Virus record (IMG/VR): IMGVR_UViG_3300028549_001428
Reading direction: 5' to 3' (one strand)
From: a virus
Taxonomy: Duplodnaviria > Heunggongvirae > Uroviricota > Caudoviricetes
DNA length: 64,000 nucleotides
Under the pieces are notes generated by a model. The model was not told the origin of the DNA. It saw only the letters and a program-made list of their open reading frames with translations, and did no database searches. A program made the position numbers and the translations under genes. Positions 55,907 through 64,000 of the stretch are shown piece by piece (the stretch's first letter is position 1; each line of letters opens with the position of its first letter).

Positions 55907-56137
55907 TCAAGTTCGCTTTCTACGTTCTAGAATATACCATACAACGAATATAAGAACAATCATAAGAACTGTCATTCCGTTAAATATAGCAACTGCTGTT
56001 AGGATTGAAAAATTGCCACCATATACCGAGGCTATTACATATCCCAGAGTTGCAATCAATGGTGATCGAAGTACATCAATCCATTTTTTTGACAAGAATT
56101 TAAAAAACTCATTCATCATAAATCCTCCTGATTCCAT
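55907..56137 (-). CDS. small membrane protein
   Basis: Two TM helices. Confidence 0.4.
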   Translation of the reverse strand: MESGGFMMNEFFKFLSKKWIDVLRSPLIATLGYVIASVYGGNFSILTAVAIFNGMTVLMIVLIFVVWYILERRKRT

Positions 56138-56553
56138 TTAAATACTTTCATTGAGATATCATTGATTGGTGTGATATCTTTTTCATAAATCCCTGAAATG
56201 GTTGTTCTGTAAGTTGGAATTTTTCTAACTCCATACTTCTGCGGTGCCTTAATAAATTCTATTGCTATACCAGAATATAGCCATTGTTTGTTTCTGCAAT
56301 ATACATTTCGTAGATGAACTAATGAATATTGATTAAACCTTGTATCATGTACAATAACAATATCGCCAGGTTCATACGTTGTTGGTTTAGTAGGTAAATT
56401 ATCAGTCCCTACTATTCTAGTTACTTTACTAAATTGGGTTAGAATGGTTTCCTTCATATCCCTTATTGCAATCAATAAGTATACATATACCAATAAAACT
56501 ATAACAACCACTGATGAAGTTGCTATAACTAATTGTACTGTTGAAACGTTCAT
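56116..56553 (-). CDS. membrane-anchored protein
   Basis: N-terminal TM helix. Confidence 0.45.
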   Translation of the reverse strand: MNVSTVQLVIATSSVVVIVLLVYVYLLIAIRDMKETILTQFSKVTRIVGTDNLPTKPTTYEPGDIVIVHDTRFNQYSLVHLRNVYCRNKQWLYSGIAIEFIKAPQKYGVRKIPTYRTTISGIYEKDITPINDISMKVFKWNQEDL

Positions 56554-56642
56554 TCTATACCTCTAAGTTGGAATATAGAAATTTGTACAATTTATGTCAA
56601 TTTATTTTGCTTTTTTTCTATATTTATGACTTAGGAGACATT

Positions 56643-57011
56643 ATGACAAACGAAAGAACAAGCGAACTGAATAAATATATTGCCATAGCCGATATAGAAG
56701 AAAGAAAGGTAAATTCTAGAGAATTTGCGAGATTTGCTGGAAATGGTTGGTTCTCAGCACCCTTTGAAGACTTAGCTAAAATATACAAGGTTACAGCAAA
56801 AGCAATTTCTAAAAAAGAACGATCTGCTCACTGTCGTATATTCAATGGAAAAGAAATAAAACAATTCATCGATCCTATGTTCAATGGAATGATTACACTT
56901 TCATTTGATAATTATATACACGCAAATGCAACCATAACAATAAATATTGATTACACTGCATTGTCAGATACTGAATATAAAGATATGGTTAATAAACTAA
57001 AGAGACTTTAA
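56643..57011 (+). CDS. hypothetical protein
   Basis: ORF from MTNERTSELNKY. Confidence 0.45.
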   Translation: MTNERTSELNKYIAIADIEERKVNSREFARFAGNGWFSAPFEDLAKIYKVTAKAISKKERSAHCRIFNGKEIKQFIDPMFNGMITLSFDNYIHANATITINIDYTALSDTEYKDMVNKLKRL

Positions 57012-57162
57012 TATGCTACATATCCAGCAACTTGGGTGAAATGCAGAGCAGCAGAATGTGATCCAATTACAGTTCGATTTCTTGAAGAAAATGGAATCAA
57101 AGTAGATCCAAAGACAAAAGAAAATAGAGACGGTACATTAGAAGCAATATACGGACATCGTA

Positions 57163-57843
57163 ATGGTTGAAGATACTATCATATTTATTACAGGCGCAGG
57201 TATAAGCGCACTTAGTGGGATTCCAACATTCCGCAGTGAAAATGGTTTATGGAATCAGTATCCAATTAATAAAGTAGCTACAAAGGATGCTCTTGATAAA
57301 GATCCAAAATATGTAATTGATTTTTGGAACAAAATCAGAAGTCAAATGTTTGATGCTAATCCAAATGATGCCCATGTTGCTATAACCAGGCTTCAAGCAA
57401 AATATAATGTCATTGTCATTACACAGAACATAGATGATCTACATGAACGTGCAGGTAATACAAATGTCATACATTTGCATGGTGATATTAATTATGTACG
57501 TCCATTAGTTGAATCAGGTGAATGGTATGATGAACCAACCAATACATTCATAGGCAATGCTGATATACCCGAAGGTATGCGACCATCTATAGTTTTATTT
57601 GATGAAGATATTGAAAATTTCAAAGAATCTAAACTAGCACTTAAATCAGATGATGTGTGTAAAGTAGTTGTTATTGGAACTTCATTAGATGTATATCCAG
57701 CCAGTGGACTCGTTAAGTATCCACCATTCTCTTCTGATAAACATATCATAGATTTAAATCCAAAACACATATTTGGATATAAAAAACATTGTGGCAATGC
57801 TGAAATAATATTACCACGATTAGTAGATGAATGGATAAAATAA
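57163..57843 (+). CDS. Sir2-family (sirtuin) protein, zinc-ribbon-less
   Basis: GAGISALSGIPTFRSENGLW, TQNIDDLHERAG, catalytic LHG, GTSLDVYPA. There is no CxxC...CxxC zinc module. Length 226 aa. Confidence 0.8.
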   Translation: MVEDTIIFITGAGISALSGIPTFRSENGLWNQYPINKVATKDALDKDPKYVIDFWNKIRSQMFDANPNDAHVAITRLQAKYNVIVITQNIDDLHERAGNTNVIHLHGDINYVRPLVESGEWYDEPTNTFIGNADIPEGMRPSIVLFDEDIENFKESKLALKSDDVCKVVVIGTSLDVYPASGLVKYPPFSSDKHIIDLNPKHIFGYKKHCGNAEIILPRLVDEWIK

Positions 57844-57845
57844 AA

Positions 57846-57870
57846 GGAGAGTATTCACTCTCCTTTTTTT
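57846..57870. terminator. bidirectional rho-independent terminator
   Basis: ggagagtattcactctcc stem plus T7. Confidence 0.65.
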
Positions 57871-58195
57871 ATCGTTTGTATGATCCACATTTTTTACATG
57901 TAATAACATCATGATTATCATAATGTTCTGTTATATCAATCCAATTATGTTTACATGTCATTCTTAAATCAACTATTTTTTCATCAAGGTCATCAATACT
58001 TGTATTCAAATCACGCTTTCTTATTTTTAACAGAGTTAAAATATGATTTTGATCAGCATCCCAATCTTTATATGATTTTTTTATTGCTGTAATAGCATCA
58101 TCTACTGCATGATACATTTCCCATTCACTAGCTTTTTGCTTTTCAAGTGTAGCTATTTCAGGCATCAAATCTTTATATTTATAATCGTCCAACAT
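57869..58195 (-). CDS. hypothetical protein
   Basis: ORF; coiled-coil-like, with a C-terminal CxxC. Confidence 0.45.
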   Translation of the reverse strand: MLDDYKYKDLMPEIATLEKQKASEWEMYHAVDDAITAIKKSYKDWDADQNHILTLLKIRKRDLNTSIDDLDEKIVDLRMTCKHNWIDITEHYDNHDVITCKKCGSYKR

Positions 58196-58204
58196 ACTTA
58201 ATCC

Positions 58205-58741
58205 TTAATTACATTCGGATAACATAGTTTCAATAGAACCAGCTTCATCTTCTGTCATTGTAAGATTCCACTCAGCCTTAATCATTTTCCATTCTTTTAA
58301 ATATGTACATTTGAATGGATTAAATGATGGAAGCCATTCATCAGGTGATCTACTACCCTTTGATCTATTTGGTTTTGCAAGCACTGCGATTAAGTGAAAT
58401 GGTTCATTTAAATTATTAGCATATGCTTTTTTCTTAGCTTTTATCCAATCAGAACCACCTGATGCATTAGCATTCTCAAGGGGAACTAAATGATCTATGT
58501 CAAGTAGATCAGGGTCAGTGACTATTGTTCCAGTGTATAGGCATACCCAAAGACCTTCCAATACTTTACAGCCAGACGCATCTAAAACGACTGGTATTAT
58601 ACTTTCTTGAATCAATACTTCTTGTCTAGTGTTTTGACAATCTTTATCAGCGTCTATCCACGATCCCCAATCAGCTCTTTTGTATGTTTGAGCAAATGAT
58701 GCACAAATTAATAATGCAATTAATACAATTATTCGTTTCAT
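58205..58741 (-). CDS. secreted HNH/DUF1524-like nuclease
   Basis: Signal peptide MKRIIVLIALLICASFAQT; DIDHLVPL...N core resembling HNH-type nuclease folds. Confidence 0.45.
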   Translation of the reverse strand: MKRIIVLIALLICASFAQTYKRADWGSWIDADKDCQNTRQEVLIQESIIPVVLDASGCKVLEGLWVCLYTGTIVTDPDLLDIDHLVPLENANASGGSDWIKAKKKAYANNLNEPFHLIAVLAKPNRSKGSRSPDEWLPSFNPFKCTYLKEWKMIKAEWNLTMTEDEAGSIETMLSECN

Positions 58742-58890
58742 GTTCGACTCTTTATGTAATCTACTAATATCTGACCAACAGCAATACCAAGTCCCATAAA
58801 TATGGCTTGCTCTGTTGGCATCAGCAGAAGCATAATCGCTGATGAAAATATAAAGAAAAATCCAAATTTAATTAATCGTGTTTTCATATG

Positions 58891-59112
58891 TTACCTCAAT
58901 ATCGCAATAGGCATATCTTCTATTGTAAATATACTATTTGTTTTAAATGTATCTATTGAATCACCAAATGGAAATTGAATCGACCATTTAGATCGTTTAC
59001 GTTGGTGAAAACAAATAACCATTGCTCTAGTTTCGGCAATAAGTTTAATGAACAATAACATATTAGCGTTAGTTACTTTGAAATCTATCCAATATGAATT
59101 ATTGCTACTCAT
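58891..59112 (-). CDS. hypothetical protein
   Basis: ORF in a packed block. Confidence 0.35.
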   Translation of the reverse strand: MSSNNSYWIDFKVTNANMLLFIKLIAETRAMVICFHQRKRSKWSIQFPFGDSIDTFKTNSIFTIEDMPIAILR

Positions 59113-59324
59113 GATTGTTTGTTCTGTTTCATATCTTTCATTACTTCATTCAAATAATCAAATGCTTTATTTCTAATATGATTCGGCTCAACTTTCCAAG
59201 CTGAATCAGGAATTACAGATTTGTTAATCTCATCGAATACACCAACCATAAATCCCATACAACGCAAAGCAACTTCACGCACTTCATTTTCAGTATATGT
59301 TATATCCATGTTATTCTCCTTCAT
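59109..59324 (-). CDS. hypothetical protein
   Basis: Start trimmed to MKENNMD to avoid a long overlap. Confidence 0.35.
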   Translation of the reverse strand: MKENNMDITYTENEVREVALRCMGFMVGVFDEINKSVIPDSAWKVEPNHIRNKAFDYLNEVMKDMKQNKQS

Positions 59325-59556
59325 CGTCGCTAATTTCTTCCGAACCATCATCCATATCAATATATATGTGTGCATTACAATCAACACATCTATACAATTC
59401 ATATCGATCTGGATAATTAATAAATTCCACTTCTCTATGCATATGAAGACATTTTTTCTGTGCTGTCTTTTTTGATTGCTTTAATCTATATCGTACAATT
59501 TTCTCGATAATTATGATACCGAAAAATAATCCCATCAATATATACATGCAACTCAT
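59311..59556 (-). CDS. membrane-anchored zinc-ribbon protein
   Basis: TM helix then CLHMH...CVDCNAH. Confidence 0.35.
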   Translation of the reverse strand: MSCMYILMGLFFGIIIIEKIVRYRLKQSKKTAQKKCLHMHREVEFINYPDRYELYRCVDCNAHIYIDMDDGSEEISDDEGE

Positions 59557-59558
59557 AA

Positions 59559-59765
59559 TTATTTACTTCCAAAAAATTTTGAGAATAGATCATCAATACC
59601 AGCAAAATTACCAAATATAGGTTTCTTATGCAGTGTATATGCAGTCTTGTTTTCATCATTTGCTACATAAGGTGCCCACTTACATAGGATTGCTTTTAGT
59701 TCATCCATAGTAGCATATTCAGGAATTTCTAATTGTCTACTATTCTTTAATATTTTAATTTTCAT
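59559..59765 (-). CDS. hypothetical protein
   Basis: ORF in a packed block. Confidence 0.4.
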   Translation of the reverse strand: MKIKILKNSRQLEIPEYATMDELKAILCKWAPYVANDENKTAYTLHKKPIFGNFAGIDDLFSKFFGSK

Positions 59766-60105
59766 TAGTTATCAGTGTGTAATATTTGTTATACATCGCC
59801 AAATCTTTCTTAACTCGTTCATTGTATAATTCGGCTAATTTATGTGTGGATATTCTATCAATAGGAATTGGTATTTTTCCTTCACCATCACAATATTCAC
59901 ACGGAACTACATATTCATTGGTAGTCCACTGACTATTTTCATCTTTAAATGAATGTTCTAACGTAATAGAACATTCACCATTACATGATGGGCATTTGAT
60001 AGAATAATCAAATTCATCGTCATCTTCATTGGGATCTCTTAATTCCCAAGGCTCCCATAAGGAACTCCATTCAGCCAACGATAGTATGTCAGGTACTTTC
60101 TTCAT
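59755..60105 (-). CDS. zinc-ribbon protein
   Basis: CPSCNGEC and CEYCDGEGK; leaderless behind TTTGCTATATT. Confidence 0.45.
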   Translation of the reverse strand: MKKVPDILSLAEWSSLWEPWELRDPNEDDDEFDYSIKCPSCNGECSITLEHSFKDENSQWTTNEYVVPCEYCDGEGKIPIPIDRISTHKLAELYNERVKKDLAMYNKYYTLITNEN

Positions 60106-60112
60106 ATTGTAA

Positions 60113-60122
60113 ATATAGCAAA
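60113..60122 (-). promoter_or_regulatory. extended -10 promoter TTTGCTATATT
   Basis: 6-7 nt to the ATG at 60105. Confidence 0.5.
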
Positions 60123-60127
60123 AAAAA

Positions 60128-60496
60128 TTACTCGCAGTCTAGCATAACTGAAATAACCGCATATTGTTCTTTTACATCATTCAATTTTTCTTGCAGTTCT
60201 ACCATTTCACTTGCAATTGTTTTCTTTTTATATTCCAAACGTCTCTTAAACTCGGCACCACCCACAACTTCATCCCGATTAAAAGATAATTCAATTAGAT
60301 CAACACCTGCCTCGTAGGGACGCTGTGCAATAAATGAATTCATGCAGAAAAAATCGATATCAGATGCACTTGTTGTAGTCACACAAGAGCCAGTATCAAC
60401 TAATTTATTAACGATATTGAAAAATCCAGGGTATTTATCACTATCGTTACCACACATGTCACGCAGTATTGAATTTTCTACATTCTTAATTTGCAT
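60128..60496 (-). CDS. hypothetical protein
   Basis: ORF 12 nt downstream of the nucleotidyltransferase gene. Confidence 0.45.
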   Translation of the reverse strand: MQIKNVENSILRDMCGNDSDKYPGFFNIVNKLVDTGSCVTTTSASDIDFFCMNSFIAQRPYEAGVDLIELSFNRDEVVGGAEFKRRLEYKKKTIASEMVELQEKLNDVKEQYAVISVMLDCE

Positions 60497-60507
60497 AATT
60501 ATCTTCC

Positions 60508-61338
60508 TTACACATATTGATGTGTCATACCTTTTTCAGTGATTTGGTAATTCAAATCAGCAAAATCATACACCGCTGTTTGATTTATTGTGTTGTATAT
60601 TAATTCGATCTCTTTTAATTTTTCGATATCAAATCTACGTACAATACCACGATTATCCAACATCGTATTCAATTTAGTTTTCAGCGATTCGTATTCAACA
60701 AATAATTCATTAACAATATTGATAATTTCCGTATTAGTTGTAACACCTGCAATATTCTTATATGCCCATGCTCGTTGCCAACGCATATCAGAATTATGCC
60801 CATCACAGAAAATATATTCCTCATTATTCATGAGAATTTTTACTGTTTCGATACCACGATACATATGAGATAACTTATTGCAAATGTCCTTGGTTTGAAC
60901 AGTTGATTCAGTAAGTGTACTCAATATATATTTACCATCTTTCTTAACATATCCAAGATATGATTTAAGCAAGGCATATGATCTGTTGGTTCGTAATATT
61001 GTAAAAATTTCATCAACTTTATAAGCATCTGCAAATTTATTAAATTGACTGAATTTCCATCCACTCATCAATGCTTCAAAGTCTGCTGGACTGTCGCCCT
61101 TTATACAATTTCTAATAAATGTTCGAAGTGATTGATAATTGTAATCGCAGACATCTGATTTATACTGCCATCCATTATCTTCGGAAAACAATGTGGATTC
61201 TTTCTCTTGATAAATCCACAAAATATCAATGTCGCTAGTAGAGTTATTTAAAGCATGAGCATGAGAACCCATGAACATACTACATATGATGTTGTTTTCA
61301 AACCCTTCTCGAATTTTATCATCAATTTGTACGTACAT
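60508..61338 (-). CDS. Pol-beta-superfamily nucleotidyltransferase
   Basis: hGS-x10-DhDh signature FMGSHAHALNNSTSDIDILW; 276 aa. Confidence 0.55.
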   Translation of the reverse strand: MYVQIDDKIREGFENNIICSMFMGSHAHALNNSTSDIDILWIYQEKESTLFSEDNGWQYKSDVCDYNYQSLRTFIRNCIKGDSPADFEALMSGWKFSQFNKFADAYKVDEIFTILRTNRSYALLKSYLGYVKKDGKYILSTLTESTVQTKDICNKLSHMYRGIETVKILMNNEEYIFCDGHNSDMRWQRAWAYKNIAGVTTNTEIINIVNELFVEYESLKTKLNTMLDNRGIVRRFDIEKLKEIELIYNTINQTAVYDFADLNYQITEKGMTHQYV

Positions 61339-61341
61339 TTT

Positions 61342-61863
61342 TTAGTCCTCTAAAAGTATATCAATGATTCGATTGGTTTTATTTTCAATCTTGATCAATG
61401 CAGTTTTGATTTTTCGTGAATCTACTTGAATTGACATTGCCAAGTCAGCAACTGTAGTAGAATCAGTACGATTAAGTTTTCGTCCCTTTGCATTTACCTT
61501 TGATGAAGCAACATTTAAATCATTCCATTGCTCCATAGACACTTCGGTAACTTTATTTGATTCGACTACGGAAGTATAAGACATAAGTATTGTATTATCG
61601 GTAATGCTTATATTAGATATTCTGATTCCAATGTCAGAACAACTTGACTTAGTGTTTATTTCATCAGCTTTAAGTGTGTTGTTATGAGTTTTTGTCTGTG
61701 ACCATACAGAAATTCCGTTCTGTTCACAAATACTCTTCATTACATAAAGCCGACAACTTTCAATCTGTGGATTAACATCCTTATTAGTATCATATGGACA
61801 AACCATTTGATTTGCATAAACTGACATTGTTGCTAAAATGCTTATCAAAATCAACTTGAACAT
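61342..61863 (-). CDS. secreted protein
   Basis: Start at MFKLILISILATMSVYA (signal peptide), after SD aaggaga downstream of a canonical promoter. Confidence 0.5.
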   Translation of the reverse strand: MFKLILISILATMSVYANQMVCPYDTNKDVNPQIESCRLYVMKSICEQNGISVWSQTKTHNNTLKADEINTKSSCSDIGIRISNISITDNTILMSYTSVVESNKVTEVSMEQWNDLNVASSKVNAKGRKLNRTDSTTVADLAMSIQVDSRKIKTALIKIENKTNRIIDILLED

Positions 61864-61882
61864 ATGGTTCTCCTTTTCATAT

Positions 61883-61911
61883 AATATAGAAAGTGATGCA
61901 TCAGTTGTCAA
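61883..61911 (-). promoter_or_regulatory. sigma70-type promoter TTGACA-N17-TATATT
   Basis: rc of aatata-N17-tgtcaa. Confidence 0.6.
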
Positions 61912-61944
61912 TGGCTTTATTTATTTTCTACTTTTCCAGAGTGT

Positions 61945-63385
61945 TCATACCTCAACGGATTTCGTGAGAGGAATCCCCTGAATCTTTAGTTCGGGGAGTA
62001 ATCGAGAAAATTATTTCACCAAAATGAAAAAATAATTAATTAGTTGAACAAAAAATAGTATATATTATAGATATGAGAATACAGATAATCACATCGAAGC
62101 TGAAATTGCTTCATACAAAAGAGCAATCCGATAGACTTGCCTCTTTGTGTCGTGATTATAAGGATGCTTTGAATTTTGCCAGTCAGAAAGCCTTTGAATT
62201 GAAGAAGACGAGTAGTGCTTCTGTGATACAGAAAGCCACATATGAATTGATTCGAGAGAAGTGGAATGGCATTCCATCCACAATGGTTTGTGGAATTGCC
62301 AAACAAGTTGGATCAACTTACAAAACCCTGTGGACGAGAGCCAAACAACACAAATCTCATAGAGCAAAGGGATGGACTAAGAAGCGATATAAGGGACTGG
62401 ACAAAGCACCGAAATTCGGTGCTTTGACATCAACATTATATTATGGTAAAGATTTCTCATGGTCTAAAGACCAAACATTGTCCGTAGCCACTCTTGGTGG
62501 TAGAATCAAATTGGGTTATTCTGGATGGAATAAACATCTTGAATATATTAAATCAGGAGCACGATGTGGAGCATCCAAACTCTGGTATGATAAAACATCT
62601 AAGCAATGGTATCTTTTAGTTTCTATCGAGATAGAAAAACAAGATATAGATCCAAGTAAAATAGGTATCGTAAAGGGAGTTGATGTAGGTCAGCGAGAAC
62701 TCGCTGTTTCGTCATCAAACAACAATAAGAGAAAGTTTTTTCACGGTGGAATCGTGAAACAAAAATGCAGAGAGTTCAGTAAAGTAAGAAGTGGTTTACA
62801 AGAAAAAGGCACTCGTAGTGCAAGTAGAGTCTTAACGAGACTCGCAATGCGAGAGAGACGGTTTAGAACAGATGTAAATCACAAGATCAGTCATGGATTG
62901 ATGGAATCAAATATCATCATCGGTATGGAAGATTTGAAAGATATAAAAGTGAGAACCATGTCACGCAGAAAGCGTGGAAAGTTCGCATCAGATAAACAAC
63001 GACAAGCCAACAAAGAATCAAGCTCTTGGAGCTACGGTGAATTACAAGCATTCGTTGGGTATAAAGTGTTCTTTCATGATTCTCTGATGTTGAAAATTGA
63101 TCCTCATTATACATCCAAAATGTGTAATAAATGTGGACATGTCTCGGATAATAATAGACCCAATGGGTCATTGATTTTTCGATGCGAAGCATGTCATCAT
63201 ACTATCCATTCTGATCTGAATGCAGGTAATAATATAAAAGATAAAACAATTGTGATGCGACATGATCTCATCACAATGGGGCAATTGTCTTCTGTCCCTG
63301 AAGTGTCTAACGATGATCGCTGTGAAACAGCAGGAGTTATGATACAAATCCCCGAATCTTTGATTCAGGGGTAGTTGGCTTAGTG
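61945..63385 (+). mobile_element. IS200/IS605-family tnpB-only element (family A-like, copy 7)
   Basis: Left-end block atttcgtgagaggaatcccctgaatctttagttcgggga is shared with copy 2. The right-end hairpin ccccgaatctttgattcagggg lies in the last codons, followed by GTAGTT. Confidence 0.7.
62073..63374 (+). CDS. tnpB: TnpB RNA-guided nuclease, family A-like
   Basis: RuvC-I GVDVGQRELA, RuvC-II GMEDLKD, zinc finger CNKCG...CEACH, RuvC-III HSDLNAGNNI; C-terminal IPESLIQG as in family A. Length 433 aa. Confidence 0.9.
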   Translation: MRIQIITSKLKLLHTKEQSDRLASLCRDYKDALNFASQKAFELKKTSSASVIQKATYELIREKWNGIPSTMVCGIAKQVGSTYKTLWTRAKQHKSHRAKGWTKKRYKGLDKAPKFGALTSTLYYGKDFSWSKDQTLSVATLGGRIKLGYSGWNKHLEYIKSGARCGASKLWYDKTSKQWYLLVSIEIEKQDIDPSKIGIVKGVDVGQRELAVSSSNNNKRKFFHGGIVKQKCREFSKVRSGLQEKGTRSASRVLTRLAMRERRFRTDVNHKISHGLMESNIIIGMEDLKDIKVRTMSRRKRGKFASDKQRQANKESSSWSYGELQAFVGYKVFFHDSLMLKIDPHYTSKMCNKCGHVSDNNRPNGSLIFRCEACHHTIHSDLNAGNNIKDKTIVMRHDLITMGQLSSVPEVSNDDRCETAGVMIQIPESLIQG

Positions 63386-63409
63386 TCATATATACCTCTC
63401 TGTTATGCC

Positions 63410-63438
63410 AAAATAGAAAATATTGAAATGGTTGTCAA
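63410..63438 (-). promoter_or_regulatory. sigma70-like promoter TTGACA-N17-TATTTT oriented antisense into the tnpB 3' end
   Basis: rc of aaaata-N17-tgtcaa; followed on the minus strand by SD gagagg and an ATG opening a 73-aa antisense ORF. Confidence 0.35.
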
Positions 63439-63875
63439 TTAGAATTCCACAAATCATAACCCAACGCAAGCATAACGTCACGATTTAGATTATATCTAAA
63501 TGTACCACAAGAATATTTCCATTTTTCTGTTATTACATCGTATACTAATATAACAGAATCATCATCAGCCATAAGATCAGTAGTTGCATATAGGCGTAAT
63601 TTATTATCAACACCCAATGGAATATACCCAGAAACTACAGTTGGATAACTAGTAATTCGTATAACTGAATTTGTTTTATCGGCTCTAAGCCTATCAATCA
63701 TCCAAAATTCAAAATCTGCGTGTATCACTGATCCTAATTTATGGTCATTCTTAAATGCTTCTGGGTTGCTTGCCCACTTACCATACAGATTTGCATTGAA
63801 TGATTTTATTAAACCATCAAAAAACACTGATATACCAGCGTCATATATGATATGTTTTAATAACACCGTCAGCAT
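63435..63875 (-). CDS. hypothetical protein
   Basis: 146-aa ORF. Confidence 0.45.
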   Translation of the reverse strand: MLTVLLKHIIYDAGISVFFDGLIKSFNANLYGKWASNPEAFKNDHKLGSVIHADFEFWMIDRLRADKTNSVIRITSYPTVVSGYIPLGVDNKLRLYATTDLMADDDSVILVYDVITEKWKYSCGTFRYNLNRDVMLALGYDLWNSN

Positions 63876-64000
63876 TTTTTTGTTACTTTTCTATCAGCAC
63901 TGTCATACATTAGATCAACACCACCAAATAAAAATGGTCCACCACCCCATCCGAAATGGAATTTCCAAAACCATAACGAATGATTATATCCATCGTAATA

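Noticed and set aside
1-64000. CRISPR array / cas genes
   Set aside because: No regularly spaced direct repeats with unique spacers were seen. The RuvC nucleases present are TnpB/IsrB-type IS proteins, without Cas1/Cas2 or arrays.

Overview
The window is AT-rich (roughly one-third G+C by eye), extremely gene-dense, and looks like a large virulent phage. About 120 mostly short ORFs are packed co-directionally on the minus strand (0.6-45 kb and 54-62 kb), with 1-10 nt or overlapping junctions. Rho-independent terminators are followed directly by promoters, and starts are either Shine-Dalgarno-led or leaderless.

Two promoter types recur:
- An extended -10 element, TTTGCTATATT, with no -35, often placed 6-7 nt from the ATG so the mRNA is leaderless.
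- A textbook TTGACA-N17-TATATT promoter.

Recognisable cargo genes:
- C5 cytosine methyltransferase.
- Two radical-SAM-type genes: one intact, one apparently split around a tandem zinc-finger/HNH endonuclease gene.
- Zn-less sirtuin (Sir2).
- SPFH/band-7 lipoprotein with a small membrane partner.
- HAD phosphatase.
- HExxH peptidase.
- Secreted HNH-like nuclease.
- Pol-beta nucleotidyltransferase.
- PD-(D/E)XK-like nuclease.
- Several lipoproteins and zinc-ribbon proteins.

The most unusual content is an OMEGA-type mobile nuclease menagerie. There are seven intact TnpB genes in four families, one of them in an IS607 unit with a serine recombinase. There are also two zinc-finger-less TnpB-like genes, one partial at the window edge. 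One gene is an IsrB (HNH-less IscB) with a ~270 nt structured, GC-rich putative omega-RNA region upstream of it.

The IsrB element and the family-A TnpB elements share CCCCT...AGGGG subterminal hairpins, but no Y1 TnpA is present in the window. An orphan TnpB right-end/omega-RNA remnant is also present. Several elements sit exactly at promoter/gene junctions.

Other notable features:
- A four-gene tandem paralog family sharing only a 17-aa N-terminal module (MKIRNGFVSNSSSSSFI).
- Two genes sharing a ~100 bp, near-identical 3' module.
- A 15-nt inverted repeat bracketing a 3.9 kb segment that includes the IS607.
- A GC-rich single-gene island.

No CRISPR array, rRNA or convincing tRNA was seen. 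All coordinates derived by hand are approximate (+/- 2 nt).
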